From NCBI GenBank assembly GCA_963813715.1, contig CAWFAK010000007.1, positions 544,001 through 608,000 on the forward strand: a DNA stretch of 64,000 nucleotides, in the 5' to 3' direction. The notes below the pieces were generated by a model. That model worked only from the letters and a program-made list of their open reading frames with translations. It searched no databases and was not told the DNA's origin. The stretch is from an uncultured Planctomycetaceae bacterium. GTDB taxonomy: Bacteria; Planctomycetota; Planctomycetia; Planctomycetales; Planctomycetaceae. Position 1 is the first letter of the stretch, and the number at the start of each line of letters is the position of its first letter. This document shows, piece after piece, positions 32,786 through 43,941 of the stretch. The translations under genes were made by a program, and so were the position numbers.

Positions 32786-34048
32786 ATGCGACAATCGCGC
32801 CCCCTCGTCCGTTTGACCGGGCTGATCCTTGTCGCCGGCGGACTGGGCCTGGCAGTTCGCGCCGCCCGCGCCGACAACTGGCCCCGGTTCCGTGGGGACA
32901 ACGGTTCGGCCGTCAGCAAGGAGGACGGGCTGAATGCGCCTTGGAATCCCGATCGCGTCCGCTGGACCGTTCCCGTGCCCGGCACTGGCCACTCCAGCCC
33001 GGTGATCTGGGGCAATAAGCTGTTTTTGACCACGGCCAGCGAAACCGGCACGGCGCGTTCCGTTCTCTGCTTCGACGCACAGACGGGCAAACAGCTCTGG
33101 ATCCGTTCGATCCAGCTCAATGCCAACCCCAAACATCCCAAGAGCAGTTGGGCGTCCGCGACTCCGGCCGTCGACGGAGAGCGCGTCTACGTCGCCTTCG
33201 CCGACGTGGAGCGCTACCTGCTCTCGGCCTACGACTTCGACGGCAATCAACTCTGGCAAGAAGACCTCGGTAAGTTCGAGAGCCAGCACGGGCAAGGCGC
33301 CTCGCCCATTCTGTTCGAGGACCTGGTGATCCTCGTCAACGATCAGGACGGCGACAGTTCGATCTTCGCCCGCGACAAGCGCACGGGGCACGCCGTCTGG
33401 ACTGCGCCGCGCAAGTCGGGCACGCAGTCGACGTCGTACGCGACCCCCTTCATCTACCAGCCCAAGCAAGGCCCGCCGCAGCTGATCTGCTCGAGCGCCT
33501 TCTCGGGTATCTCCGGACTCGACCTGAAAACGGGCAAAACGATCTGGACGACCGGGTCGACACCCCAGCGGACCGTCGGCTCGCCCGTCCTCTCCGGCGG
33601 CCTGGTGCTGCAGTGCTGCGGCGTCGGCGGCCAAGGCATGCTGATGGTGGCGGTCGACCCGAACGGGCACGGCGACGTCGCCGAGACTGGGATTCGCTAT
33701 AAGCGCACCAAGATGCTGCCCTACGTGCCGACGCCGCTGGCCTACCAGAATTACCTGTTCCTCTGGTGCGACCGCGGCACCGTCTGCTGCGTCGACCCCA
33801 CGACCGGCAAGGACCTCTGGATCAAGCGAATCGGCGGCGACTTCAGCGGTTCGCCGATCGGCGCCGGGGGCATGCTCTTCAACGTCGACGAGCAAGGCAA
33901 CGTCGTCGTGCTGGCGGCCGGCCCGCAGTACAAGCTGCTGGGCAAAATCCCCCTCGGAGAAGCGTCCGAATCGACGCCCGCCCTCGCCAACGGCCGACTC
34001 TACCTCCGCACTTACCATCATCTCACCTGCGTTGCGGCCCGTCCCTGA
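32786..34048 (+). CDS. PQQ-like beta-propeller protein
   Basis: Signal peptide, NWPRFRG, GHSSP, ASATP, SYATP, PYVPTP, STPA. Confidence 0.92.
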   Translation: MRQSRPLVRLTGLILVAGGLGLAVRAARADNWPRFRGDNGSAVSKEDGLNAPWNPDRVRWTVPVPGTGHSSPVIWGNKLFLTTASETGTARSVLCFDAQTGKQLWIRSIQLNANPKHPKSSWASATPAVDGERVYVAFADVERYLLSAYDFDGNQLWQEDLGKFESQHGQGASPILFEDLVILVNDQDGDSSIFARDKRTGHAVWTAPRKSGTQSTSYATPFIYQPKQGPPQLICSSAFSGISGLDLKTGKTIWTTGSTPQRTVGSPVLSGGLVLQCCGVGGQGMLMVAVDPNGHGDVAETGIRYKRTKMLPYVPTPLAYQNYLFLWCDRGTVCCVDPTTGKDLWIKRIGGDFSGSPIGAGGMLFNVDEQGNVVVLAAGPQYKLLGKIPLGEASESTPALANGRLYLRTYHHLTCVAARP

Positions 34049-34196
34049 TCCGGCCCTGCCGAGGCCGCCGCCGATGGCGGCCCTCCCCCACTTTCTTGGC
34101 CATTTTTTTGGGTTTTCGGCCCGAGTTGCCGCGCCAAACCGGTCCAACCGTGCTTTAAGATGGATTAAGCGCGGTGATCGAAATGGAGAGGGTCGT

Positions 34197-34255
34197 GGTC
34201 TAAAATGACCTCGGTCTCAACTGACCGGTCACGAATGACCCGGTCTAAAATGACC
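34197..34255. repeat. Four tandem 14-bp palindromes GGTC-N5-TGACC
   Basis: 34197 GGTCTAAAATGACC; 34213 GGTCTCAACTGACC; 34227 GGTCACGAATGACC; 34242 GGTCTAAAATGACC. Confidence 0.9.
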
Positions 34256-34376
34256 TGCATCAGCGACCCACGCGATTCTTGCAATCAACGATGTGAACGG
34301 GCCGAGCCAGAATCCCCTGCGTCGAGGTTCTTTCCTTTGAGTTCCGAAGCACGTTTCTTTCTGGACGAGAAGAGTC

Positions 34377-34811
34377 ATGCCAGCTTGGCCCGGCGGCCCC
34401 TGTCCGACCTGCGGCGAAGACATGCCGTCAAACGTCGTTCATTGCCAGAACTGCCGCACCTTGCTGAATACCGATCTTGAGCCGGACAGCATTGAGATTC
34501 CCGAATTCATTCCGTTGCAGGAGATCGCCAGCATGGTCGAAGTCGAACTGAGCGGCTACTACGTCGCCTGTCCCCATTGCAAGCGCGAACTGCGTGTCGG
34601 CAGCAAATACGTCGATGAGAACGTGCAGTGCAAGTTCTGCGACTCGCAATTCACGATGGACTTCTCCAACCCGAAGCTCAAAATGGCCGCCTTCTTCGCC
34701 GAGTGTCCCCATTGCAAAGAGGAACTCCGCGCCGACCCCAAGTACCTGGGCATGAAGGTCGCCTGCAAGCGCTGCGGCGGCAAAATCCACTTCGTCGACC
34801 CTTCCGCTTAA
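34377..34811 (+). CDS. Triple zinc-ribbon protein
   Basis: Six CxxC motifs (CPTC, CQNC, CPHC, CKFC, CPHC, CKRC); the last two ribbons are an internal repeat (CPHCK.ELR...KY....V.CK.C). Confidence 0.85.
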   Translation: MPAWPGGPCPTCGEDMPSNVVHCQNCRTLLNTDLEPDSIEIPEFIPLQEIASMVEVELSGYYVACPHCKRELRVGSKYVDENVQCKFCDSQFTMDFSNPKLKMAAFFAECPHCKEELRADPKYLGMKVACKRCGGKIHFVDPSA

Positions 34812-34910
34812 CCTGTGGCCGGCGAGCCGCATCAAGTCACGCGGAACATCGCTCGCGAGCATTTTGCGGACACTGCAACGCGACGCCTGGGCCACTTGAT
34901 TCGACGCATT

Positions 34911-35342
34911 TCAGCGCGACGGTGGAACGACGCTCGAACGATTTGTCGCGGCCGCGGGGTCGTTGCTTTGACCGCCTGCGCTCGATAAGCTTTTGTCCGG
35001 CGAGGACGTCACTTCGCAGTCGGCGGTTCGCGTCATGTAGAGACGCCCGACCTCGTCGAACAAGAGGGCGACGTTGAGGTGCCACCGGCTTCCGTCTGGC
35101 CGGTTCCAGAGTTCGCAGTAATAGACTCGACGACTGATTCCGAAGCTTCCGTCGATGCCAGCTGCCGCCAGCTTTCGAAGGGCTTCTTCGCGTCGTGTCC
35201 CCTTCGGCACGACGGCGAGAATCTCCTTCTCCTGCTCCGAGTAGGTCAGCGGGCAAGAAACGATTCGCGAATTGAGTCCGGCGCACCCCACAACTACGAG
35301 AAGCGCCAGGGCGCAAACGCGATGAAGGAACGGCATTTGCAT
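34911..35342 (-). CDS. Hypothetical lipoprotein
   Basis: Hydrophobic leader ending in a VVGC lipobox. Confidence 0.6.
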   Translation of the reverse strand: MQMPFLHRVCALALLVVVGCAGLNSRIVSCPLTYSEQEKEILAVVPKGTRREEALRKLAAAGIDGSFGISRRVYYCELWNRPDGSRWHLNVALLFDEVGRLYMTRTADCEVTSSPDKSLSSAGGQSNDPAAATNRSSVVPPSR

Positions 35343-35742
35343 TGCAGTTGCCAAAATAGGACCCGAACGCAGTCGGCTTCTTGAGCCATTGCGCTCGCGC
35401 ACTCGCCACAAAGCTTCGGTTTGGCTGGGGTAACGGCGACCAGGGATGGGTTGCCGCAAGTGATTCGCGGCTTGGGTCGCAGAAGTGCGCTGCTTCTACC
35501 GGCCCGAGGCGATTCCGTCAACGTGGTTAACGTTTGCTCCCCCGAATGATTCGGGGTGTTGTTGCTGAGCCGCTTGGGCTCAGTGCTCTCACAAACTACC
35601 CAATCATTACGGTCGCAGTTACATTGTCTAACCTCTCCGCGGGGAGGTTGGGCCGTTCTCACTCTCTTAGAGGAGAGACTGACCGTGTTTTGGCAGCGTG
35701 ACCGGATGCACCTGGGATTCAATGCTGGAGAGTGGACTTCCG

Positions 35743-37002
35743 ATGAAAGCGATTTGCAGGGACGTGGTGGTCAGTGGGTTGGGGGCCGTGTCCCCCTTCG
35801 GGGCGGGGATTTTCGCCCTCTGGGATAATGTGTGCCGCGGGAAAAGCGCGGTTGATTGGATCGACTGTCTTGGCGAACTCGATCCGCACCTCTATCCCGT
35901 TCGTTATGCGGCTGAGGTCAAAGGATTCGCAGTCGCCGATCATCTCAAGAATCACTGCCCTGGCCGTCTGGGGAAAACAGCGAAGATGGGTCTGGTCGCG
36001 GCCCGCGAAGCGCTGCAACAGGCTCAACTGCTCGACGAGAACGAGCACGTCTCCAGCTCCGACTCCCGCGTCTCGGTGATCGTCGGCAGCGGACACGGGC
36101 CGTGCCACGAGACCGAGGGGGGCTACGAAGCCTATTTTTTGCGTGGCCCGCAGGCAATCCGGCCGACGACCCTCCCCACGTGCATGTTCAACTCGCTCTC
36201 GAGCAATGTCTCGATTCACTTCGGTTTGACGGGATCGAACCACGTCATCGCCTCAGCCTGCTCGTCGGCATCGACGGCCATTGGCCTGGCATTGATGATG
36301 GTGCGGCACGGCTACGCGGACATTGTGCTCTGCGGCGGAGCCGACGCCCCGCTTACGACTCCCCTGTTTTCCGGCTGGACCAAGCTCGGGGTCCTGGCCG
36401 AGCACGAAGATCCGACCCGCGCCTCGCGACCCTTCGATCAGCAGCGGAACGGACTGGTGCTCGGCGAAGGGGCGGCCATGGCTGTCATCGAATCGCGTGA
36501 AAATGCCGAGCGCCGCGGCGTGGAGCCGTTGGCCGTCGTCTCGGGCTACGGCACCGCCAGCGACGCTCAACACCTGACGACTCCCACCGTCGAGGGCCAA
36601 ATCCGCGCGATGCGGGCCTGCCTCCGCGATGCCGAGATCGAGTCCGATCGCATCGATTATCTCAACATGCACGGCACAGCCACCCGTGCCAACGATGAGA
36701 CGGAAGCCCGGGCCGTCGCCGAAGTCTTCGGACCGCGGGGCTCGAGCATGCCGGCCAGCTCCACAAAGTCGACCCTCGGTCACCCGCTGGGGGCCAGCGG
36801 AGCGATGGAGTTCGCGATCTGCATCCAGGCGCTGCGTCACCAGTTCGTCCCCCCTACGATGAACTGCGACGATCCCGATCCGTCGGTCGGCCTGGATTAC
36901 GTCGCCCACGAAGGACGGCCGCATCGCGTGCGCTATGCCATGTCCAACTCGTTCGCCTTCGGGGGAAACAACGCGTCGCTCCTGGTGAGCGCGTGTAACT
37001 AA
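35743..37002 (+). CDS. fabF: Beta-ketoacyl-ACP synthase II family protein
   Basis: SACSS, SRPFD, LGEGA, HGTAT, KSTLGHPLGA, SNSFAFGGNN (Cys-His-His). Confidence 0.88.
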   Translation: MKAICRDVVVSGLGAVSPFGAGIFALWDNVCRGKSAVDWIDCLGELDPHLYPVRYAAEVKGFAVADHLKNHCPGRLGKTAKMGLVAAREALQQAQLLDENEHVSSSDSRVSVIVGSGHGPCHETEGGYEAYFLRGPQAIRPTTLPTCMFNSLSSNVSIHFGLTGSNHVIASACSSASTAIGLALMMVRHGYADIVLCGGADAPLTTPLFSGWTKLGVLAEHEDPTRASRPFDQQRNGLVLGEGAAMAVIESRENAERRGVEPLAVVSGYGTASDAQHLTTPTVEGQIRAMRACLRDAEIESDRIDYLNMHGTATRANDETEARAVAEVFGPRGSSMPASSTKSTLGHPLGASGAMEFAICIQALRHQFVPPTMNCDDPDPSVGLDYVAHEGRPHRVRYAMSNSFAFGGNNASLLVSACN

Positions 37003-37063
37003 GTGGCCCGCGGTTGGGCAAGGGGTAACAAATCGGCAGTTGCGACCGTCAGAACTGGCGCGC

Positions 37064-38108
<1,045 letters not shown>

Positions 38109-38162
38109 GAAATCGAGGTCCGAAGCGGGCCGTGAAACCGAATCAGGCGGCCGACCCGGTAT

Positions 38163-38531
38163 CTAGGCGGCCGAGGCTTTGGCGACGGCTTGCTTGGCGA
38201 TCTCGACGATTTCGCCGAAGACCTCCGGCTCGTGAATCGCCAGCTCGCTGAGCGTTTTGCGATTGAGCTCGATGCCGGCCAGGATCACGCCGCGCATGAA
38301 AGTCGAATAGTTGATTCCGTACGGGCCGACGGCCGCGGACAAACGCGTGATCCACAGTGCGCGATATTCGCGCTTCTTCAGGCGGCGGTGCGCCCACGCG
38401 AAGGCGCGGGCACGGAGCACCGTTTCCTTCATGCTGCGCAGGAGCTTCCGCCGGCCGAGGAAATTACCGCGAGCCTCTTTAAACAGACGTTTCTTGGAGC
38501 GGTGCCGCGCTTTGCCTGCTTTGACTCTCAT
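38163..38531 (-). CDS. rplT: 50S ribosomal protein L20
   Basis: [32 protein letters not shown]. Confidence 0.97.
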   Translation of the reverse strand: MRVKAGKARHRSKKRLFKEARGNFLGRRKLLRSMKETVLRARAFAWAHRRLKKREYRALWITRLSAAVGPYGINYSTFMRGVILAGIELNRKTLSELAIHEPEVFGEIVEIAKQAVAKASAA

Positions 38532-38577
38532 GGCCTGACTTCAATCAATCCGTGGACCCGAATTTCCAAAAACGCCG

Positions 38578-38778
38578 TTATGGCGACGGTTGCAAAGCGT
38601 AGCGGATCATGGCGATCTGTTTGCCTTCGACCATGCGGTCGGCCCGCGCCTGGCGGTTGCGCTTGCCCCCCTTCTTGGCCAGCTTGTGGCCGCGAGAGGC
38701 TTTGCGGTGCTTCACCTTGCCGGTGGCGGTCAGCTTGAACCGCTTGCGAATTCCCTTGTGCGTTTTTTGCTTGGGCAT
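38578..38778 (-). CDS. rpmI: 50S ribosomal protein L35
   Basis: MPKQKTHKGIRKRFKLTATGKV. Confidence 0.96.
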   Translation of the reverse strand: MPKQKTHKGIRKRFKLTATGKVKHRKASRGHKLAKKGGKRNRQARADRMVEGKQIAMIRYALQPSP

Positions 38779-38989
38779 GGCCACCGATCCGATCTTGCCA
38801 CTGATCCAACTATCTTGAGCCGGCAGAAGGTCTTCCGACGATTGACACGCCTGACGGCGCGCTTCGCCCAACGGCCTCCCCGCGGCGGGAATCGCGGATT
38901 ATAGCGACCGCCCCCCAAGGGTTACCACCGAACCTCGGCAAAAATCCGGGCATTCAACGCCGAAGCGAAACCCGCGGCCACCCAGTCGA

Positions 38990-39535
38990 TCCGATCCCGT
39001 CCGGTGTCCCGTCCCAGGCCCGGTGGCAGTGTCCCGTCATTGTGTCCCGTCCCGATCTTTCACCCTCTCCCAGTCCGCTGGGAGAGGGCCGGGGTGAGGG
39101 CGAATTTTACCAGATCAATTCCGTCCCGATATTCCAGTCCCGTTCCGTGTCCCGTCCGATGCGGACAAAATTGTCCCGTCCCATCCTGCAGTGGTTCAGG
39201 CTCTGCCATGCCGTCCGGCATTCGGTTCCACAGTGGAGCCCGCATCACGTTTGAGTCCCCAACGGCTCCCGGTCTCGCAACTTGTCCCGTCCCACCCATC
39301 CCGCGCCATAACCCATTAGCCCAGCGCCGTTTAACATGGGACAAGTTGGCGTAGAGCAATTTGTCCCAATCGAGTCCCGTCCCGCACTCTCGTTGCTTAT
39401 TCACATGTCCCATCATTGCCGCTGTTCGGTCCGGTGCCGGCGGTAGGCAAAGCCCCGTTACGGCGGGCATCGCCGTTCATCCTCAATCGATCCCGATTCC
39501 CAATCGTGTCCCCGTCCCAATCAATCCCGTCACGG
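38990..39535. repeat. Cluster 2 of the dispersed TCCCGTCCC motif
   Basis: Exact copies start at 39007, 39045, 39174, 39285 and 39375, plus about 8 near-copies (e.g. 38995, 39032, 39119, 39138, 39150, 39509, 39525); same orientation as cluster 1. Confidence 0.9.
39063..39100. repeat. REP-like palindrome CCCTCTCCC...GGGAGAGGG-CCGGGGTGAGGG
   Basis: Matches a widespread CCCTCACCCCGGCCCTCTCCC-type extragenic hairpin repeat. Confidence 0.7.
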
Positions 39536-39759
39536 TCCACAGAGTCTCGATCCGACGGGCTCCGGACTGCAGACGCGAGCGGAGAGAGCCTCGGGCGGCT
39601 TCCGGCCTTCAGCAGATGGGCGCGCAAGCTGAGCGCAGACGGCTGTCGCAATCCTTCATTCTACCCGAGCCTGGCCGCGATCCGATCCGATGAATCGGCC
39701 CCGCGTAGAAACAACACGCCGGATTTTTTTAGGGCGCGGCGCCGGCGGCCGGTTCGCGG

Positions 39760-40266
39760 TTACTTCGGCGTGAGCACGCAGGACATCGAGCGGCCGGAGT
39801 CCATGCGGGGCATGGCCTCCACCTTCGAGATGTCTTCCAGGGCCGAGATCACTTGGGTGAGGATCTCGCGGCCCTTTTCGTGGTGCGCGTTTTCGCGGCC
39901 GCGGAAGAGCACGTTGACCTTCACCTTGTCGCCGCCTTCCAGGAAGGTCCGGGCCTGCTTCACTTTGAAGCCGATGTCGTGCTCGCCCGTCTTGGGTCTC
40001 AGCCGAATCTCTTTGAGCTGTTGCTGATGCTGTTTGGCGCTTTTCGTCTGTTTGCGCTTCTGCTCGTACTTGAACTTGCCGAAGTCCATGATTTTGCAGA
40101 CGGGGGGCCGAACGTTGGGAGCAACCTCGACCAGGTCCAGCCCCGCTTCGACGGCCATTTTTTGCGCTTCGGCCGTGGCTAAAATGCCCAGCACTTCGCC
40201 GGCGGCGCCGACGACGCGGACCGGAGAAATGCGAATCTGTTCGTTCACGCGATGCGAGTTTTCGAT
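39760..40266 (-). CDS. infC: Translation initiation factor IF-3 (probable ATC start)
   Basis: [51 protein letters not shown] 9 nt upstream of the in-frame ATC. Confidence 0.95.
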   Translation of the reverse strand: MENSHRVNEQIRISPVRVVGAAGEVLGILATAEAQKMAVEAGLDLVEVAPNVRPPVCKIMDFGKFKYEQKRKQTKSAKQHQQQLKEIRLRPKTGEHDIGFKVKQARTFLEGGDKVKVNVLFRGRENAHHEKGREILTQVISALEDISKVEAMPRMDSGRSMSCVLTPK

Positions 40267-40462
40267 CGTTTCAATCCTCTGGATGACTGGGGAAAGTGAC
40301 GGCGGCAGGTGACGAAGCGGCTCCAATGCGAACTGCGTGCCAGCGTTCGCATGAATCCGCAGCGCCCAACCGCGTCGGAAGAACGGCGTAAACCCACTTC
40401 TACCGCCCCTTTGCACCGCAGTCAAGAACGTCAGACCGGCCGCAATTCGAGGCGATGAAGAG

Positions 40463-40512
40463 CCCTTGCTGACGCTTCGGGTTGGTATCTCGCACCTGTT
40501 AACCCAAAGCGT
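40463..40512. repeat. REP-like inverted pair (CCCTTGCTGACGCTTCGGGTT / AACCCAAAGCGT)
   Basis: Inverted, partly degenerate pair in the fliM-infC gap. Confidence 0.55.
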
Positions 40513-40565
40513 ACACCAGAGCAGTACGCGTACGCGTGGCCGATTCGACAACCGCACGCCAACGA

Positions 40566-41756
40566 TCACGAGCGATTTCGGGCTGGCGGCGCGTTGGCGG
40601 TCGGTTTACCTGCCGTCCGGGGTGCCGGTCGGGCGGCGGGAGTCGCCACGGCGGGAGCAGCCGCCGCTGGTGCGGGCGCTACCGCAGGCGCGGGAGGCGG
40701 AGCGGCGGCGGCCTGCGCGGCTTTGAGCTGGGCCTCGATCAGGTCGTCCGTGCGGGCGATCGACGAGGCGATCTGAACCGCCTTGTGCCCCTTGAGCAAT
40801 CCGGCCGAGCCGCGAAAGAGCGGACGGCCTTCGATGTAGACCTCGAGCGGCTGTTCGCGTCCCTTCTCGGTCATGATCACGTCGCCCACCGAGAGGCCCA
40901 TGATCTCCTGGGCGGAGAGCCGCGTGTCGGCCAGGCCGACCACCATCTTCACCTTCCCCTTGCCGACGCCCGTTTGCAGGTTGAGCTTCTGCCGCGCGTC
41001 GACCGTCCGCTTGGTGTAGGCCGACCACGTATCGGACGACAGGTTGCCCATCAGGGGCTCGATGGTGTTGAACGGAATGCACAGGTTCATGATTCCGCGA
41101 ATTTCGCCCATCGTGATCTCGAAGCTGATCAGCACGATGACTTCGTTGGGGGGCACGATCTGCACGAGCTGGGGATTCGACTCGACCTGCGTCACCTGCA
41201 GCTTGAGTTCGCAGACGCTGGCCCAGGTCTTTTCCAAACCCTCGATCGCTCGCTCGATGATCCGCTCGATCAGCCGCAGCTCGATCTCCGTCAGCGGGCG
41301 GCTGGGGATCGAATACTTGGCCGCCTTGCCGCCGCCCAGCAACCGGTCGACGATCGGAAAGATGATCGACGGCGTGAGGTCGAGGATCATGTGACCGTCG
41401 AGCCCTTCGGCTCGCATCACGTTGAAGCAGGTCATGTTCTCCAGGCTGAAGACGAATTCGCCGTAGGTCAGCTGGTCGACGCTCGACAGCTTCACTTCGA
41501 CGATCGTGCGAAGCATGCCGCTCAACACGGCGCCGAACTCGCGGCTGAAGCCGTCGTGCATGGCCTGGAAGGCGCGCATCTGCTCTTTGCTGACGCGCTC
41601 GGGCCGCTTGAAGTCGTAGACGCTGACCTGGCCGCCGTAGGAATCGGCCCGGCCCGACGTGGTATTGCCGCCCGAATCGACCTTCTGGGGGCCAGACCCA
41701 GTGTCGAGCGCCGCCAAGAGCGATTCGACTTCCGACTGGCTGAGAATGTCCGCCAT
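40566..41756 (-). CDS. fliM: Flagellar motor switch protein FliM
   Basis: [43 protein letters not shown]. Confidence 0.96.
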   Translation of the reverse strand: MADILSQSEVESLLAALDTGSGPQKVDSGGNTTSGRADSYGGQVSVYDFKRPERVSKEQMRAFQAMHDGFSREFGAVLSGMLRTIVEVKLSSVDQLTYGEFVFSLENMTCFNVMRAEGLDGHMILDLTPSIIFPIVDRLLGGGKAAKYSIPSRPLTEIELRLIERIIERAIEGLEKTWASVCELKLQVTQVESNPQLVQIVPPNEVIVLISFEITMGEIRGIMNLCIPFNTIEPLMGNLSSDTWSAYTKRTVDARQKLNLQTGVGKGKVKMVVGLADTRLSAQEIMGLSVGDVIMTEKGREQPLEVYIEGRPLFRGSAGLLKGHKAVQIASSIARTDDLIEAQLKAAQAAAAPPPAPAVAPAPAAAAPAVATPAARPAPRTAGKPTANAPPARNRS

Positions 41757-41795
41757 CCGTGGCCTCCTGAGTGGCTGGCACTTGCTCAAGCACCT

Positions 41796-41824
41796 CACTG
41801 ACGGACAAGCCGCCAGTGCCACCC
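41796..41824. repeat. REP-like element, CACTGGCGGACAAGCCGCCAGTGCCACCC family (single copy)
   Basis: One mismatch to the copy at 46985. Confidence 0.85.
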
Positions 41825-41828
41825 AACT

Positions 41829-43117
41829 CTAGCTCCGAATCTGTCCGCTTCCGTGCACGACGTATTTGTAACTGGTCAGTTCCTGCAAACCGCAGGGCCC
41901 GCGGGCGTGAAAGCGATCGGTGCTGATGCCGATCTCCGCTCCCAGGCCGAATTCGCCGCCGTCGTTAAACCGCGTGCTCGCGTTGACGAGCACGGCCGCC
42001 GAATCGACTCGGGCCGTGAATTCGTTGGCCGCGGACAGGTCATTAGTCACGATCGTGTCGGTGTGGTGCGAGCCGAAGGTCTCGATGTGCTCGATCGCCT
42101 CGTCGAGCGAATCGACCACCTTCACCGACAGGATCAAGTCGAGATATTCGGTGCGATAATCGTCATCGGTCGCCGGCCGCGCCTCGGGAACCAACGCGCG
42201 GGTCCGCTCGCAGCCCCGCAGCTCGACCTTTTTGGCCCGCAGCGTCTTCGCGACCTGCGGCAGGAATTTTCCGGCGACGTCGCGATGCACCAACAACGAC
42301 TCGGTCGCATTGCAGACGCCCGGACGCTGGCACTTGCCGTTCACCAAAATGTCCTCGGCCATCTTCAGGTCGGCCGACGCGTCGACGTAGACGTGGCAGA
42401 TGCCGTCGAAATGCTTGAGGACGGGCATCGTCGCCTCGGCCGTCACCCGCTCGATCAGCGAGCGTCCGCCGCGGGGAATGGCCAGATCGATCTGGTCTCG
42501 CAACTTGAGGAAGTGTCCGATGGCCTCGCGATCGGTCGTGTCGACCAGTTGCACGGCATCGCGCGGCAGGCCGGCAGCGCCGAGCGCTCGACGAGCAAAT
42601 CGGCCAGCGCCCGATTGCTGGCTTTGGCCTCTTTGCCCCCGCGGAGGATGACCGCGTTGCCGCTCTTCACGCAGAGCGAAGCCGCGTCGACCGTCACGTT
42701 CGGCCGCGATTCGTAAATGAAGAAGATGACGCCCAGCGGCACGCGGACGCGCGTGACCAACAGGCCGTTGGGCCGCACGTTGCTCGCGAAGACTCTCGCC
42801 GACCGGCTCGGGCAGCGTGGCGACCTGCTCCAACCCTTGGGCGATCCCCTCCAGGCGGGCCTCCGTCAGTCGCAAGCGATCGATCAGGGCCGCACTGAGT
42901 CCGGCAGCCTGGGCGGCGGTGCAGTCCCGTTCATTCGCCTCGAGCAGACGCGGGCGTGCGCTCGACGGATGAGGGCCGCCGACCGGGTCAGCCAGTCGTT
43001 TTTCTGCGCACCGGTGGCGACGGCCAACTGCCGCGCGGCCTGGCGAGCGCGCAGGGCCGTCTTCCGGGCGTAGTCTGCCAGATCGGCGGGGGCCGGAGCT
43101 TGGAGGCCGACGTTCAT
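41829..43117 (-). CDS. proA: Gamma-glutamyl phosphate reductase; several frameshifts (near 42590, 42780, 42950)
   Basis: [61 protein letters not shown]. Confidence 0.95.
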
Positions 43118-43170
43118 ACTGCAAGTATCGGCCAACGCAAAATCTGAGTCAACGCGGGTTTACGCGCCGG

Positions 43171-43304
43171 GAATGACGAAGCACGAATGACGAAGGAAGC
43201 ACGAATGACTTAATGATCAAATCGAGGTCGGCGTTTGCTGCTTCGGCCTTCATTCGGTCATTAGGACGTTGAGGCATTCTTTCGTCATTCGTGCTTCGTC
43301 ATTC
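43171..43304. repeat. Inverted repeat built from ACGAATG-type units
   Basis: GAATGACGAAGCACGAATGACGAA (43171-94) and its perfect reverse complement (43281-304), with more partial units in between. Confidence 0.9.
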
Positions 43305-43309
43305 GCACT

Positions 43310-43828
43310 TCAAAACGGCCAGCCGGAATAGAGCTTGGCGCGAAAGTCGTGCCACTCTTCGCGGTGGTTGGCTCCCTCCGGGCGTTCGACCATCTCGCAG
43401 ATCCATTCGTCCATGCGGCGGAGGCGCTGGGCCATCAGCGAGGCGACGATGTACGCGATCTTGTGCGCGGCCGACGGATTGCTCGTTTGCAGCTGCTCGT
43501 AGCTTTCGCGGGTCATCCGCAGCACCTTGACGACTGTCGATGCGCGAACGGTGGCCGAGTGGGGGGCCTTCTGGAAGAAGGACATTTCGCCGAAGGCCGA
43601 GCCCGCCTCGAGCGTGGCGAGCGTGTGTTCGGCCGGCCCCTTGTTCTTTTTGACGACCTCGCACGTCCCCTTCACGAGGATCCACAGGGTCTGCTCGGAC
43701 TTCCCCTCCGTGAGGATCACGTCCCCCTTGGCGTACGACCGCTGCTCGAGCAGGGCGAGCGTGCTGTCGTATTCCTCGGCCGTGAAGCCATCAAAGATCG
43801 GGGAGACCATCGTGCTGGCGTTCGTCAT
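43310..43828 (-). CDS. Stand-alone cyclic-nucleotide-binding domain protein
   Basis: GDVILTEG, ILVKG.CEV, FGEMSF....HSATVRA; no HTH. Confidence 0.88.
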   Translation of the reverse strand: MTNASTMVSPIFDGFTAEEYDSTLALLEQRSYAKGDVILTEGKSEQTLWILVKGTCEVVKKNKGPAEHTLATLEAGSAFGEMSFFQKAPHSATVRASTVVKVLRMTRESYEQLQTSNPSAAHKIAYIVASLMAQRLRRMDEWICEMVERPEGANHREEWHDFRAKLYSGWPF

Positions 43829-43941
43829 GGACGGTCCTTTGTGGAGCAACATCGATGCACGGCTCGCCGGCGTTTCGGCCCTTCCAGCGCTGGAAGGTCC
43901 GCCGGGGCGTCGCCCGACGGCAAAACGCAGCGAGCGTCGAA

